DNA of 64,000 nucleotides from Setoptus koraiensis (Eukaryota; Animalia; Arthropoda): NCBI GenBank assembly GCA_048013815.1, contig CM106586.1, positions 20,460,001 to 20,524,000 of the forward strand, read 5' to 3'. Shown piece by piece: positions 56,201 to 64,000 of this stretch (position 1 is its first letter; each line of letters starts with the position of its first letter). The notes under the pieces were generated by a model. It saw only the letters and a program-made list of their open reading frames with translations, ran no database searches and was not told where the DNA came from. The position numbers and the translations under genes were made by a program.

Positions 56201-59200
56201 TATCGTTTGGTGCCTGTTTGGTGCTGTTCTTGACGACATAATGGCTGTTGTAGTCGCCCGTGGCCACGGCCTCCACCACAGCCAAATCGTCTTGATCTAG
56301 CTTGCCGTTGACCGCACCGTCTGCGGGTGCGTCCAGTTCGCCGTCAATGGCGCTGGTGCTGCTATCTGTGGGCCCGTCATTGTGATCGTTTTGTTTGGTG
56401 TTGCCGTTGTTGTCACTGACGACCACCAGGTTGCCCTGATAAATGGGCACCTTGTCAGAGTCCAAATGGTTGGAATTGGGACCGGACGACACACTGGAGG
56501 TGGCCTCAATGTCCAGCGACGCACCTGTCGACGTGGACTGATGCTGCTGCTGCTGCCGCTTGGTGGTCACCTGAGTGGCCGACGACTGGCTGAGGTCCGA
56601 CAGCGGCTCAGTTGCTTGATCGGCTGTTTTGGCGGGCGTCGTCGACGCCGTAAGCAAGGTGCCGCTGGGCAAATGTAACGGTATGGTGATGTCACTCGCC
56701 GGATCTGGCAGCGATTTGATGGCACCGCTTGCACTTGTCGTCCGCTGGGCACGGTCACCTAGCTGCTGCTTGCCGTTGCCGTTTCCGGTGGCACCCATTG
56801 CAACGATGGTGGGCGTGGGCGCCGTCATTGAGCTCGTCCTAGTCGACTGACCGCCACTGTCCACTGTCTGCTCGTCGTACTGCTGCTCACCTGTCGTGCT
56901 GGATGGCGCCACTGTTGATGTGGACGCATTTGAGATTGTCGCTCTTTGTTTGTCCGCAGCGAGCTTGGCCTTGGGTCTAGGCGGCCGGGTCGTGATGACG
57001 GGACCGCCGCCAGACTGTTGTTGCCTATTGTTGTCGGTCGAGTTGCCGGCAGCACTGTCGCTGCTCCCGCTAATTACATTGACTGGCGCCGGGCTCGGAC
57101 TGGCGCCCCTCAGCACGGACTGGGCTCGCTTGGTCTTTTGCGCGTTGGCCGCCTTCGTGGTCCGCAGCTCAGGCGGTGATTTTGTGGTTGTGCTAATGGC
57201 CGTCACCAGCAATTGCAGCTCGTGCGCCAGTGTCGTCGATTCGTTCAACGTGACACTGACCGGACTTACAAAAGCGCTCGGCCTGCTAGTGGTCAACCTG
57301 TCGCGATTGTGCTGCAACGAGCCCATAATCTTTTTGCTGTTGACATTCTTGAGCCACCTAGATGTGGTAGAGGTGACAGTGGTGTCACCGGGTGCCCTGC
57401 CCGCTTGTAGTGCCGGTGTTTCAGCGCCAGACGGCGCCGACCTCGTGGCATTGACCGGGATAGCGGTGCTCACTTCCGGTTTTGTCGAAATCTTTCGATG
57501 CTGCTCGTTGCCGCCGACGCCGGCATGCGTCACAAATGGCGCAGTCGGGGTGCTGAGGCCGCCAGCGGAACTGGCAGTTGGTTGGTCCGTTGTCGCCGAT
57601 TGCTTGGACTTGTCGCCGTTGTTGTCGGCGATTGCCTGTGCTGCTGCCGCCGTTGTTGCCGCTGTTGTTGCTGTTGTTGCTGCTGTTGTTGGTGGCGTTA
57701 CCTGATTAGATAAACTGGTCGTCTGCTTGGCCCCAGAAACGTTGCGCAACTTGACATTTGCACTTGTCACGGGCGCGCCGGGCTTGAATGTGCCGCCTGT
57801 CAGCGGAATGGTGGCCGTAGTACGGGACTCGTTCCAACTGTCGGCCGGCTGGTGCCGCTGGTCAAGCGACGACCCACCTTGATTGTAGTTGTAATTGTTG
57901 TGCAACAGATTGTAATTGTCCAGCCCATTGTGTGTGCTGTTGTCGTCGTCCAAGTCCAGCATGCTGAGCGTCTCTACAGTGACGGCAGAGATTTTGTTGG
58001 CGCCCCTTCGAGGCGCCTGGCGCGTGTCCGGCGGCTGACCAGCGTCGTCGCCGTACACGCCGAGCGATGTGTCAGCGACGCCAGAGGCGCCTCTGGCGGG
58101 CGACAGCTCAGGGTCGAGGGGCAAATTGTTGTTGTCCATGGGATAGTCGCTGCTGCTGCTGCTGCTGTTGCCGCTCGCAACTCTGTTGGGCCGGCTAGAG
58201 TTGGCGCTCTCTTTGAGCCGCTTGAGATCGTGAAAATATCTCACTACTTCCGGTCTGTCGTGATCACTGCTGTGAGCGCCTGTGCCAGCAGCGGCCACAT
58301 TAAATCGTTGCTTGCCGTCGGCCACAATGCCTGTGGCCCGTTCCGATTGACCGACCGCACCGGCGTGGTCTTGTTGCGGCCGCTGCGACTCGCCGGGCGC
58401 CGGCGTCAGGGCAGAGATCGTGTTGAGCAGCAGCTGATTCACCTGGTTGTTGGTGGCCAGCAAGCCCTGCTTGGGCATGCTCTGCGACAGCAGCGTCATC
58501 AGTAGCGAGTTGCGTCGGTATTGGTCCACCTGAGAGTAGATTTTTGAGTTGGCCCGGGCGTGATGGGCGACCGCTGGCGCCGCCTGATTGTCGCCAGCTG
58601 AAATGGCCGCTGTTGTCGGTGTGGTTGTCGGCAGCGTCGTCAGTTTGTGTTGTTGCGCAACAACCGTTAGCTCGTTGTTGTTTGCAGCGGGCGAGTTGCC
58701 GTTGTCGCCGCTAGTGGGCAATTTGTACCGATTTGTCAGTTTAAATGGTTGCTGTGTGCCGTTGTTGTTCGTGCGTGTCGAAGCGAAATAATCCCGATAG
58801 TAATCGTTGAAATCGGTGGCCACAACCAACGGTCTCGACTTGTTGCCGTTGGCCGCCGCACCGATGGCCGCCAACTGCTCGTCGATGCCGGCACCGCCTT
58901 GGGGCGCCGATTGTGTGGTGCTGCCGATAGTGGTTCCGGTTGTGGTGGCCACAGTGGCGTCATAATCCCTGCTCGCAATAGTGTTGCTGGCCCGCTTGTC
59001 TGTGGCGCCCTCTAGCGGCCACGTCTTTCTGTTGGTGGGGTCATCGCTGGGCTCGGATTGGTTGCTTGAGTTCAGTAGCGACGACGAATCGTTCAAGTTG
59101 ACGCCACCGGCCGACAAAACATCCGCCCCCGCGCCCACATACTGTCCGCCGGGCAGCCAATCGGGGCCGCCATTGACGGGTAAGCGCGCAAACAAATTTA

Positions 59201-62200
59201 AGCCGGCCTGGCTGGCGTCTTGCTCGCTGCCGTTGCGCTGACCCGCGACCGTCGCCGATTGCGCCGCACTGGCCGGCGTGACCGCCGACTGCAAACCGGA
59301 AGCGGCAAACGGGCCCTGATCTTGGCCGCTGTCGTCTGTCACCTGGGTGAAATTGGTCAGTTTTGGCAGCAGCGTTACAGGTGAGCTGTCGATGGCAAGA
59401 GTAACGTTGCGCTGTCTATTGTTGGGCGAATAAAGCGACGATTGCTCGTCGTGCGGTTGCCGCTGGTCGCCATTGTTGTGTTTGTTTGTTTGTTGTTGCT
59501 GCTGTTGTTGCGCGTTGTTGACACTGAGCATCACGTTTATTGCCTCATTCAATGTGGCCGCCAATTGTTGCTGTTGCGCCCGATCCAAACTGTTCCTGTT
59601 GCGGTCCGCTATTACCTGTTGCTGCTGGCTGTTTGCGGGCAACGTTTTGTTGTTGTTGGTGCCGTTGTTGCTGTTGCTGTTGGTGTGGTTGTCGTGACGC
59701 TGACCTCGATACGATTGGGCCCGCGCAGTGTTGCCGTCGACGCTGCTGTGCATATCATACAATAAATCACCAAACAATTGGGTGTCGTTGGCTGTCGCGC
59801 TCTTGGCCGGTCGCTTCCTCACCTGGTCGCTGGTCGGCGCGTCGGGCCAGCGCTGGGCGCCTGCAGCGTCAGCGGTCCAGGCATTGTTGTCGTTGTTGTC
59901 GTTGTTGTTGTTGTTGCTGGTCGCCTGTTGCTTGTTTGTCGCCAGACCAGCGGTCAGCTGTGTGACAATTGTGATCTTTCTGTTCAGGTCTTCGTCGTCG
60001 GTGCGCGCATCGTCGTCGTCGTCGTCGCCGTCGTCACTGTCAGAGCCCGACGCCATCGACGGCGTCGCTTCCAAGCCGTTAGATGACGCAACAAGCGTAT
60101 TGTTCCGTCTTTGGCCGGCCTCTCGCTGCCTGTTGCTGCCGCCGCCGCCGCTATATCTGACACTGTTATCGGCGTCTATGTAGTTGTTGTTGCCGTTGTT
60201 GTTGCCGTTGTTGTTGCTGGTGCCGTTGTTGTGGCGCTGTATCGGATGATCCATCCAAGCGTGCAGCATCGACAAAGGATCTGGCGCGCCGCTGTCCAGG
60301 TATTTGCCGGGTGCGTCGGTCAGCATGAGATTGTTGTTGTTGTTGTTGTTATTATTAGACTGCTGGTTGCCGTTCGTTTGGCGCTGCCTGATGCGCGTCT
60401 TCTTGTCCACTATTTTCAGATCGCTATCCTTGAATATGGAGTCCTTCACGACGGGCGCCCTGGTTGCGTCATTAGTGGACTGTGTCGAGGGGTGCTGCTG
60501 TTGTTGTTGCTGTTGCTGTTGTTGCTGCTGCTCATGTGGGACAGGTGCATCGATGATGTTGTTGTTGTTGGCTTGTTGCGCAACTGGCTGCATTGTGCTC
60601 ATTGGCAGGTAATAGTCGCTGCTGGACAGCGACGGGTACGCCGGCCACGACGCCGGCCCGTCCGATTCGACGACAGGTGCTTTTGTTGTCGTGGTCGTCG
60701 TTGTCGACGTTGTTGTCGTTGTTCTGTTTGTGTTTGTGTAATGAAACAAATTCACAATGGGCGCAATCTGCTGATCCAATTGCGACTGGCCACCTAGCTC
60801 GTATTGTTGCTGTTGTTGTTGCTGCTGTTGTTGCTGCTGTTGCTGTTGTTGCTGTTGTTGTTGTTGCGCCGCTGGCTCGAGCGGCCTGGCCGTCGCGTTG
60901 TCCGCATAGTCGCGATAACGGTACCTGCTGCTGTCCAGTATGTCACTCATGCCATTGTTGATGTTGCTGTTGTTGTTGTGATTCATGACGGCCAAATTAA
61001 CGGCGCCAACGGGCACATCAATGCTGCTCAGCGACTGTGTCGATGGCATCTTGTCGTGAATCGTCATAACGACTGGCGGCGAACGCGTAAAGTAGCTCGT
61101 CAGCGGCGTAGTGTCCTGTTGCTGCTGTTGCGCAACATTGACGCCGTTGTACTGTCCACTAGTCACCAGGTAAGGCGCAGTGGCCGTAGTGTTGAACTGT
61201 GGCCACTCGATATGCGCTGCCTTGTTAGGCAGTCTGGCGTCGTCGCTGGCCGGCTGCTGTTGTTGTTGCAGTCGCAACACGGTGCTGCCGGTGCTCGTAA
61301 AGGGCGCCATTGAGGCTGGCTTGCCAACGATGATGTTGGCGAAGTCCTTTGTTGTTTCGCTCGACGGCGCCATTTGCCTTTGTTGCTGCTGCTGCTGTTG
61401 TTGTTGTTGTTGTTGTTGTTGTTGCTGCTGCTGTTGCGTAATTCTCGGCGCGATCTTGTTGTCGCTGCCAACGGGACCAACGGGATCGAACTGCCAATTG
61501 GTGGTGCTGCTGTTGTTGTAGCCGTTGTTGCTCGCATCGCCACTTACGTAACTATTTGCGTATGTGTTCGCGTAACCGTTTGCGTAACCATTGTAATCCA
61601 AGGGCGATTGTTGCTGCTGGCCGTCGTCCACTTGACCGGTGGACACAACGGTCACATTGATTGAGCTGGTGTCCGCCAGGTGCTTCTCAGGGGGCCTCAT
61701 TGCGGTGCCACTGTCGCCACTGTCTGAATGAAAATAATGCGCGGGTATTCGCTCGCCGGGCCCCACCCAATCGGGCGCTCTGGTGCGATTTGTGAGCGAC
61801 GACGGGGGCGTGCCCTGCGGATATCTCATTGAGGCCCCGTCGATTCGCTTGCCAAAGTTGGCCTGGGGCAATTTGCTCAATTTGTGCAAATCAATGCTGG
61901 GCACGGGCAACGGGTGACGCGCACCAACAGTTGGCGGCCCTCTGTGTGTCGAATTGGCAATCACGAATTGTCGGCCACTTGTCGACAACGCTGGCGCATC
62001 GGCCGTGATTTGTTGTGGCGCTTGCTGATTGGCTATTGGCGCCGCTGCCGAGGCCTCAGTTACGTAATTGGGCTCACCTGTCCAGATTGACTGCTTTTGT
62101 TTGTTGTGCGCTGCTTGTTGCTGCTGCTGTCTGGCCGTCGCAGCGACCTCTTGCAGCGGCAACCGCACCGCCTTCCATTTCAGGTGACTGGGCTCCATGG

Positions 62201-63998
62201 TGATCGATGGCATGGTGGTGGTTCTGTCACTGGTGGTGCTCAACAATACAGTGTTGTGGTTGCTGGGCCTGGTCGCAGAGATGGCGCCAGTGGCGCCAAT
62301 TAGGTTGACCAGGTTGAGATCGTCGGTCACAGGGGGCGCCCCCATGGCCATCATTGGCGTGGTGGGCAGTGCCACAGGCACGTCAATGGGGGGGCCCGTC
62401 GACGGGCCGCCCACGTCACCGTTGAATACCGGCTGATAGTCGGTGCTGATGGCGGGCTTAATTGGCAGCTGCAATTGCGCGCCTGTCCCGCCCACGGGCA
62501 CGCTGCCGCCTAGCGGCGGGTAACGCGCAGCGGCGGCCGGCCCGAGCTGGCTCAGTGCCGAGCCGAACAGCAACAATCCCAGACTGTTGACGCCCATACT
62601 TTTGGCCAAGCGCCTGTCCGGCGATTGGCCCATTGCAGCGGTCGATCGGTGCACCGGCTTCTGGGGCCACGGCTCAACCTTGAGCCGCTGCTCCAGGGTG
62701 CCGTTGCCAGGCGACGATATCTCCGGATCGCCGGCCGCCGCCGCCGCTCTCTCGTCGGGCTCCTTGGGCCGCCTCTGTTGTGGCCAGTCGGTGAGCCGAT
62801 TGGAATCGGCAAAACCAGCAATTGAAGTGGCTGTCACAATGGCTTCGTCACGCTCACCTGTCGCCGCGCTGTCACTGGCGCTGCGATCTGCCTCTAATAT
62901 CAGCTGTTTGGCCCTTCTGACTGACGGACCTACCTGTTGCGTCACTTGCTGTCTGCTGTCATCTTGTTTCTCGCTGTTGCTGCTGACACTCATCCGCTGG
63001 TCAAGTGTCACCGAGTGATGATGTCGCGTTGCCTCACCAAACGACGGGGTCACCTCAGGTGAGCTTGTGTTACCCGACGATTGGCGGCGGTCGTCCGGCG
63101 AAACTGTCACACCGGACCCGTTCGCCGACGTTGGCGGATGCTGGCCAGCCCACAGTGGCCATTCAAGGGGTGCCTTACCAGCGGACAAGCCAGCGGATAA
63201 ATCGGTCAGGTTTCTGTCGACCGTTATCGTCGGACCGCTGGTGTTGTAGTTGGGGCCCAGCGGCGACGCATGCAAAACAGAGATGTTACTCGCCAGCCGA
63301 TTGGGCTCGCTGAGATGTGGCCGCTCGAACAGCAACTGGCTGCCGTTGCTGGCCGGTTGCGACCCGTCGACGGGCTCGCCCGACGCGGCCAGCGGCCTCC
63401 AGTGACCCGTCCAAGTGACGTTTGCCACCAGTTTGCCCCGGTCAGCGGTTTCCGCCACCGGGTACCGGACGGTTGCGGCGGTCGATAGTGCCGATGCTGC
63501 GGTTGCTGCTGGCGCGGTTGTTGCTGACGCGGTTGTTGCTGATGACGCGCCGGGCGAGGAGCCCGTCGCTCTGGTCGGGACGGCGGCCGTCGTTGTTGGC
63601 GGCGCCGTTGTCGTTGTTGTCGTCGTTGTTGTCGTCGGTGTTGTTGCTGATTGTGCTTTTAGTGTCGATGCTGTGGGTGTCGATGCTGTGGATGTTGACG
63701 CTGTCGCCAGTGGCGCTGTCGTCGACTTGCTGTTGCGCGGATACCGATGGTCGCTGCCGACCGACGACCACAGCATCCGGTCCAGCATCAAATCGGCGAC
63801 ACTCACGGGCTCCAGCGGCTCAACTGGTTGACTTTTGGGCCTGTCGGGCTTGTCGGTGCGACCGCTGAGCGAGCCAAGTGACAATTGCGCCAGGTAATCG
63901 ACCTGTTGCTGGTCGGCCTTGGCGCCCTTGCTCTTGGTCCTGTTGGCGAGCTGCTGTTTCTTGGCCGCTGTTGCGCTGTCGTGCTTGGCGCCCTTCAT
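53232..63998 (-). CDS. Giant (at least 3588 aa) single-pass, mucin-like Q/N/T/S-rich protein; 5' end probably outside the window
   Basis: 10.77-kb stop-free frame; one clear transmembrane helix (MTIAAIGVCCTLSTVCLLFVALSI, 55615-55691, about residue 2770); many NxS/T sequons upstream; about 795-aa Q/H-rich tail. Confidence 0.85.
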   Translation of the reverse strand: MKGAKHDSATAAKKQQLANRTKSKGAKADQQQVDYLAQLSLGSLSGRTDKPDRPKSQPVEPLEPVSVADLMLDRMLWSSVGSDHRYPRNSKSTTAPLATASTSTASTPTASTLKAQSATTPTTTTTTTTTTAPPTTTAAVPTRATGSSPGASSATTASATTAPAATAASALSTAATVRYPVAETADRGKLVANVTWTGHWRPLAASGEPVDGSQPASNGSQLLFERPHLSEPNRLASNISVLHASPLGPNYNTSGPTITVDRNLTDLSAGLSAGKAPLEWPLWAGQHPPTSANGSGVTVSPDDRRQSSGNTSSPEVTPSFGEATRHHHSVTLDQRMSVSSNSEKQDDSRQQVTQQVGPSVRRAKQLILEADRSASDSAATGERDEAIVTATSIAGFADSNRLTDWPQQRRPKEPDERAAAAAGDPEISSPGNGTLEQRLKVEPWPQKPVHRSTAAMGQSPDRRLAKSMGVNSLGLLLFGSALSQLGPAAAARYPPLGGSVPVGGTGAQLQLPIKPAISTDYQPVFNGDVGGPSTGPPIDVPVALPTTPMMAMGAPPVTDDLNLVNLIGATGAISATRPSNHNTVLLSTTSDRTTTMPSITMEPSHLKWKAVRLPLQEVAATARQQQQQAAHNKQKQSIWTGEPNYVTEASAAAPIANQQAPQQITADAPALSTSGRQFVIANSTHRGPPTVGARHPLPVPSIDLHKLSKLPQANFGKRIDGASMRYPQGTPPSSLTNRTRAPDWVGPGERIPAHYFHSDSGDSGTAMRPPEKHLADTSSINVTVVSTGQVDDGQQQQSPLDYNGYANGYANTYANSYVSGDASNNGYNNSSTTNWQFDPVGPVGSDNKIAPRITQQQQQQQQQQQQQQQQQQQRQMAPSSETTKDFANIIVGKPASMAPFTSTGSTVLRLQQQQQPASDDARLPNKAAHIEWPQFNTTATAPYLVTSGQYNGVNVAQQQQQDTTPLTSYFTRSPPVVMTIHDKMPSTQSLSSIDVPVGAVNLAVMNHNNNSNINNGMSDILDSSRYRYRDYADNATARPLEPAAQQQQQQQQQQQQQQQQQQQQQYELGGQSQLDQQIAPIVNLFHYTNTNRTTTTTSTTTTTTTKAPVVESDGPASWPAYPSLSSSDYYLPMSTMQPVAQQANNNNIIDAPVPHEQQQQQQQQQQQQHPSTQSTNDATRAPVVKDSIFKDSDLKIVDKKTRIRQRQTNGNQQSNNNNNNNNNLMLTDAPGKYLDSGAPDPLSMLHAWMDHPIQRHNNGTSNNNGNNNGNNNYIDADNSVRYSGGGGSNRQREAGQRRNNTLVASSNGLEATPSMASGSDSDDGDDDDDDARTDDEDLNRKITIVTQLTAGLATNKQQATSNNNNNDNNDNNAWTADAAGAQRWPDAPTSDQVRKRPAKSATANDTQLFGDLLYDMHSSVDGNTARAQSYRGQRHDNHTNSNSNNGTNNNKTLPANSQQQQVIADRNRNSLDRAQQQQLAATLNEAINVMLSVNNAQQQQQQQTNKHNNGDQRQPHDEQSSLYSPNNRQRNVTLAIDSSPVTLLPKLTNFTQVTDDSGQDQGPFAASGLQSAVTPASAAQSATVAGQRNGSEQDASQAGLNLFARLPVNGGPDWLPGGQYVGAGADVLSAGGVNLNDSSSLLNSSNQSEPSDDPTNRKTWPLEGATDKRASNTIASRDYDATVATTTGTTIGSTTQSAPQGGAGIDEQLAAIGAAANGNKSRPLVVATDFNDYYRDYFASTRTNNNGTQQPFKLTNRYKLPTSGDNGNSPAANNNELTVVAQQHKLTTLPTTTPTTAAISAGDNQAAPAVAHHARANSKIYSQVDQYRRNSLLMTLLSQSMPKQGLLATNNQVNQLLLNTISALTPAPGESQRPQQDHAGAVGQSERATGIVADGKQRFNVAAAGTGAHSSDHDRPEVVRYFHDLKRLKESANSSRPNRVASGNSSSSSSDYPMDNNNLPLDPELSPARGASGVADTSLGVYGDDAGQPPDTRQAPRRGANKISAVTVETLSMLDLDDDNSTHNGLDNYNLLHNNYNYNQGGSSLDQRHQPADSWNESRTTATIPLTGGTFKPGAPVTSANVKLRNVSGAKQTTSLSNQVTPPTTAATTATTAATTAAAAQAIADNNGDKSKQSATTDQPTASSAGGLSTPTAPFVTHAGVGGNEQHRKISTKPEVSTAIPVNATRSAPSGAETPALQAGRAPGDTTVTSTTSRWLKNVNSKKIMGSLQHNRDRLTTSRPSAFVSPVSVTLNESTTLAHELQLLVTAISTTTKSPPELRTTKAANAQKTKRAQSVLRGASPSPAPVNVISGSSDSAAGNSTDNNRQQQSGGGPVITTRPPRPKAKLAADKQRATISNASTSTVAPSSTTGEQQYDEQTVDSGGQSTRTSSMTAPTPTIVAMGATGNGNGKQQLGDRAQRTTSASGAIKSLPDPASDITIPLHLPSGTLLTASTTPAKTADQATEPLSDLSQSSATQVTTKRQQQQHQSTSTGASLDIEATSSVSSGPNSNHLDSDKVPIYQGNLVVVSDNNGNTKQNDHNDGPTDSSTSAIDGELDAPADGAVNGKLDQDDLAVVEAVATGDYNSHYVVKNSTKQAPNDSGATGVSSKWGHKATGAFGKPMSKPAASNRPAPVGVANDTNVILSKPASVPTAPPGAKVDSAAAANTTQADTTIDDPILEGPIVHQRDPTGNGRQNGVNLRNQRHFNATPPDPRHQATAGSKQATPTTTTTTATGSGQSATKGPASKEANSTNTNGQQLPEVVAPTQFQKMTIAAIGVCCTLSTVCLLFVALSIKCHGSEDKFNTLARGARAKQKSLSSHSSSESGAQPGQAISKSDRANPLGQFSRRQTLAQDANSNLARLNNQQQQQRHQQRPTAMQIQMKGGAQMFGSRQSACSVTSDINQHRQSRAAMMTQQQQQQQHNRNNRSMTPSVVSSSMNSTVGCVTNSQLNHHFNHAGDSHADQRQQRHAVGQQQQQQQQRTGYMHRKSGPQAAGVLSHTNTLTSRLIQMYLPRFYQSSGPINHHQAGHHHQAPSDFVDQVEFRATQRDESLMSIDNHQSNNSIEILQHQHQHQQQHQHLPNNRSRRAAKQVLPALQTGNGNKSQQQQMGKQLPSIDDLTRFLASNVGGLVCTATQQPAPTPGNGFSNNIISHLSHNMAGQQQQTGPINDNQQLLHNNNKHDNLTANMMTPPTHNSSRSCCHCVTCSSSWLFRDNSKPASKQNSQCPNGCYHPMTRGKLPFGAASSVNGFLNSNNSGNNSTTTNNNSANQQDLALSAFKPHNQQTTGQHKQPTADLHYRSMMQQQQQQQQHNTNRPISMGHLAQQPHHNVPDQMVNYHHQQQQQQAQTGNRARLARTLSLIDLEPAPVQQPMGAPTTNGLMTKQEMSSSMIFEHTHLHNPQPQQRFNKQQQLMQLARQQQQQQQQQQQHEQIVFDEYEENKYLIDMTPTPASPASNQGSINQNGDNSKSGQQQDNVGNNSNQQQQQKKQQQQYQQVDHSQTTANTQRQSITLFDDVMPVDQQLQQQQQHKYKKVNMDDDLMSNNQQTTTNDPHQPRTGSGRSSNVAIASTTVTTNNNGVQSMFSYTGGE

Positions 63999-64000
63999 TT

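Noticed and set aside
53279-63868. Many plus-strand and off-frame ORFs overlapping the giant ORF
   Set aside because: Antisense or shadow frames of CAA/CAG-rich coding sequence.

Overview
Eukaryotic genomic DNA from an arthropod, most likely a mite. This is an inference from the RR-2 cuticle protein with a TNEPGT extension, compact intron-poor housekeeping genes and CAA/CAG-rich low complexity. The window has three compositionally distinct parts. (1) About 1-17.9 kb is GC-rich and largely non-coding, packed with short minisatellites and ACAGGT(G/A) motifs. It holds an AQP11/12-type aquaporin and a secreted Tyr/Pro/Gln-rich protein. (2) About 18-39 kb is a recently duplicated accessory cluster. 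It contains a serpin, five secreted trypsin-fold genes (only one keeps His-Asp-Ser; the others have Cys, Leu, Ala or Tyr at Ser195) and protease pseudogene debris on both strands. It also contains two NRF-6-like acyltransferase-3 genes, three captured fragments of the neighbouring ATG7 gene, a MITE and a 500-N gap. (3) About 39-64 kb is gene-dense: ATG7, FASTKD5-like, a cuticle protein with a GC-AG intron, an orphan secreted protein, a two-Tudor protein, COG2, a C18orf21/RPP21-family gene and a 10.8-kb uninterrupted ORF for a giant single-pass low-complexity protein that reaches the window edge. The strongest candidate for an undescribed system is the mosaic pseudoprotease array. Its promoters and leaders are near-identical, its mature domains are strongly diverged, and each copy has a different substitution at the catalytic serine. 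All alignments and counts were done by eye and need computational confirmation.
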